A stretch of DNA of 64,000 nt from Phycisphaerae bacterium (GTDB lineage Bacteria; Planctomycetota; Phycisphaerae; Sedimentisphaerales; Anaerobacaceae): contig JAUWBI010000002.1 of assembly GCA_030601745.1 (NCBI GenBank), positions 16,770 to 80,769 on the forward strand. The letters are read 5' to 3'. This document shows, piece after piece, positions 61,947 to 64,000 of the stretch. Within the stretch, counting starts at the first letter, position 1. Each line of letters opens with the position of its first letter. Below the pieces are notes generated by a model, which worked only from the letters and a program-made list of their open reading frames with translations, did no database searches and had not been told where the DNA came from. The translations under genes were made by a program, and so were the position numbers.

Positions 61947-63492
61947 GAGAATTCCTCCAAAAGCCAATTATTGGAACCGGCGAAATACGATTTTTTATCC
62001 AACGTCTCTCTTGGCTTCCAAGGGCGGTCATGTATACCACGGCGGTGTAAGCCAGCATAATCAGGCCGGAAGCCAAAAATAAAGATAGCCAGTTTCTGAC
62101 AAAATTCGCAACTCCAAGCCAGTTGCCTCCAACTGCGAGAACAGTTGCAATCATCCACGGCCGAGCGAGATTGCTGATATAGTAGCGTAAGAGGCTAATG
62201 TTCAGCAGGCGGCAGATGTACCAAGAGCATATTAAGCCGCGCACCAGGGTAACTGAGATAGTAAACCCCAAAGCTATTCCCGCAAGCCCCATCTTCCAAC
62301 CAAGACAAACACTTAACCCAATCCCTAATACTCCCTCTGTTGCAGCAAAAAGAGCGTTTTTGCCTTGCCGGCCTGTACCACCTAACAGGAAAGCCCCTGC
62401 AGTTAATGAGGTTTCAATAAGATAGCCCATCGCTAATATCTTTAGCGCTGGATAAACAGCTTCGAAACCTTCTCCCAACCAAAGTCGAATGAAGGCTGGG
62501 CCGGCGACGATAACCAGCAGTATTATACCGGAAGCGAAGATTGTGTTGTAGTGTGTTGCCCGACGAAACAGCGACACCACTTCTTTCTGGCTATTCTCTC
62601 CATCTAAGTAGGCAAAACGCGGCCAAAGCACTTGATTAGGATTGACTATGGCTGCTCTTGCGTTTGTCATGATTAGTACGGCTGGGGCATAAATGGTCAC
62701 GGCTTCGAGTGATATGAGCTTTCCGATTATCAAGCTGTGTCCCTGTAGAGTCAATGACCATGCCAAGACAACAACTGTAGATAGTAATCCAAAAAAGATC
62801 AGAGCGCGAGCATGAGAGAGCTTCACCATAGTAGGGGCGATATGAACCATGTCGCAGACTTTGATGAAAACATATCCCATTAGAATGAGAGCGAATATAG
62901 TGACGGCCAGAATAACATATCCCATTTCAACGATGCCATATCCGAGGTAGACACAGCCTGCCAAACCTAATGCCCGGAGGATAGCGGTCAGCATAGTTAC
63001 GCAATTGGCTATTACCCACTTCTCTCGAGCTCGTATTGTCGCATCGAATATTCGCATAGGACATTCAATGGCGGCTGCCAACCCCAACATGCGGACGAGT
63101 GCAGCAAACTCTGGCCCAGCATTGTAAAATCGTGCAAGTGGCTCAGCGGCCAGCATAGATAAGGCAAAGATAACTGAACCGACGAGTAGAAATATAGCGA
63201 GGCCGGTGTTGATTACTTGGCTGGCTGATTTTAGGTCATCTCGGCTGATGTGGAAGGGGAAGTAGCGCATTATTCCCGCCCCCACGCCGAGTCGAAGCAA
63301 ACCGTAATAGCCTAAGAATGACCCTACCAAAACCCATATGCCGTAATTTTCCCACTTGAGATGAGCAATTAGGAAAGGTGTAAGTAAAAACCCAATAATG
63401 AGATTTACGCCAAGCGGACCCCAGTTGCTAATAGCGTTAATAACTAAAGAGCTATGGCGCTGACTGGTGGAGTTTTTAGGCTCTTGTTCCAT
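61939..63492 (-). CDS. Wzx-type polysaccharide/oligosaccharide flippase (MOP superfamily)
   Basis: About 12-14 TM helices, in a polysaccharide operon. The start is uncertain: ATG at 63492 or TTG at 63534. Confidence 0.75.
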   Translation of the reverse strand: MEQEPKNSTSQRHSSLVINAISNWGPLGVNLIIGFLLTPFLIAHLKWENYGIWVLVGSFLGYYGLLRLGVGAGIMRYFPFHISRDDLKSASQVINTGLAIFLLVGSVIFALSMLAAEPLARFYNAGPEFAALVRMLGLAAAIECPMRIFDATIRAREKWVIANCVTMLTAILRALGLAGCVYLGYGIVEMGYVILAVTIFALILMGYVFIKVCDMVHIAPTMVKLSHARALIFFGLLSTVVVLAWSLTLQGHSLIIGKLISLEAVTIYAPAVLIMTNARAAIVNPNQVLWPRFAYLDGENSQKEVVSLFRRATHYNTIFASGIILLVIVAGPAFIRLWLGEGFEAVYPALKILAMGYLIETSLTAGAFLLGGTGRQGKNALFAATEGVLGIGLSVCLGWKMGLAGIALGFTISVTLVRGLICSWYICRLLNISLLRYYISNLARPWMIATVLAVGGNWLGVANFVRNWLSLFLASGLIMLAYTAVVYMTALGSQERRWIKNRISPVPIIGFWRNSHE

Positions 63493-63600
63493 TTTTTCTT
63501 GTCGTTCGTCGTTTGAAATTGCCGTTCTCACCAAATGTTAAATAAATCGTACTACTGAGTCACCTGAAGGCAGAAGACAAGTGAGCGTGACATTGCTTTG

Positions 63601-64000
63601 TTAATTGGAAGGTTGTGGCGACCTGGATTTGACTACTCTTGCTGGATTACCGCCAACGATAGTGTATTCAGGCACATCCTTCGTAACAACTGCCCCAGCT
63701 CCAACTATGGCTCCCTTGCCGATTATTACTCCGGGTAAAAGGATAGCGCGCGCACCTATCCAGACGTCGTCACCGATAGTAATGGGCTTAGGCTCAAAGT
63801 GTCCCTGAGCTTTCATCGGGATGTCTAATCTGTTAAACCTGTGATTGATTGTTATAAAAATCACTTCGGGCCCTATCATCACGTTCTTACCTATCTTGAA
63901 CATGGCTGGACCCAAGACTTTAAAATTAACTTCGATGATTGAGTTATCACCAACTTCCACCTGTGAACCATCCCCAAAACATACCCCTCTTTCAATATCT
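63601..64000 (-). CDS. Hexapeptide-repeat acetyltransferase (maltose/galactoside O-acetyltransferase-like), N-terminus outside window
   Basis: ...[51 protein letters not shown]. The frame stays open upstream of the track's M, to the window end. Confidence 0.8.
   Translation of the reverse strand, partial: DIERGVCFGDGSQVEVGDNSIIEVNFKVLGPAMFKIGKNVMIGPEVIFITINHRFNRLDIPMKAQGHFEPKPITIGDDVWIGARAILLPGVIIGKGAIVGAGAVVTKDVPEYTIVGGNPARVVKSRSPQPSN

Noticed and set aside
1-64000. Search by eye for tRNA/rRNA genes, CRISPR repeats, IS elements/transposases, integrases and phage structural genes.
   Set aside because: None found. There are no T-loop-like GGTTCGAATCC-type motifs in intergenic DNA, no regularly spaced direct repeats and no DDE or tyrosine-recombinase-like translations in the ORF track.

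Overview
This 64-kb chromosomal window has gene content typical of a PVC-superphylum bacterium, probably Planctomycetota/Phycisphaerae-like; that assignment is inferred from gene families only. All calls come from reading the ORF track and sequence by eye. No searches, identity calculations or RNA folding were run.

Left part (1-20 kb):
- a secreted LRR protein, truncated at the window edge;
- a membrane-tethered ECF sigma factor;
- a BlaI repressor with a 2571-aa BlaR1/M56 sensor-protease that ends in a secretin domain;
- an ECF sigma / anti-sigma / retropepsin-lipoprotein operon;
- a NUDIX-4TM fusion protein;
- a TlpA-like thioredoxin protein with two internal repeat modules.

Middle part (20-23.6 kb): a decayed, mostly non-coding stretch, then an AbiEi/AbiEii type IV toxin-antitoxin (abortive infection) pair with two operator-like inverted repeats.

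Right part (24-64 kb): one large exopolysaccharide / PEP-CTERM-exosortase locus, almost entirely on the minus strand. It contains:
- export and cargo genes: a Wza-like exporter, a beta-helix/dockerin-like protein and PEP-CTERM cargo;
- regulators: a LuxR(EpsA-like) regulator and a 1391-aa TPR protein;
- core machinery: a priming sugar transferase, a Wzz/BY-kinase and an exosortase;
- sugar synthesis: a CDP-sugar C-methyl cassette and many glycosyltransferases;
- late steps: Wzy, Wzx, a pyruvyl transferase and acetyltransferases.

Most notable observations:
- the exosortase and the priming transferase each carry a degenerate NTP-transferase/LbH N-terminal module;
- the BlaR1-secretin fusion;
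- a Gly/Tyr-rich C-terminal tail shared by three envelope proteins, together with a ~158-bp duplicated junction;
- a duplicated glycosyltransferase/Alg14/Alg13 cassette with reciprocal decay and mosaic pseudogenes.

No rRNA, tRNA, CRISPR array, transposase or integrase was recognised.
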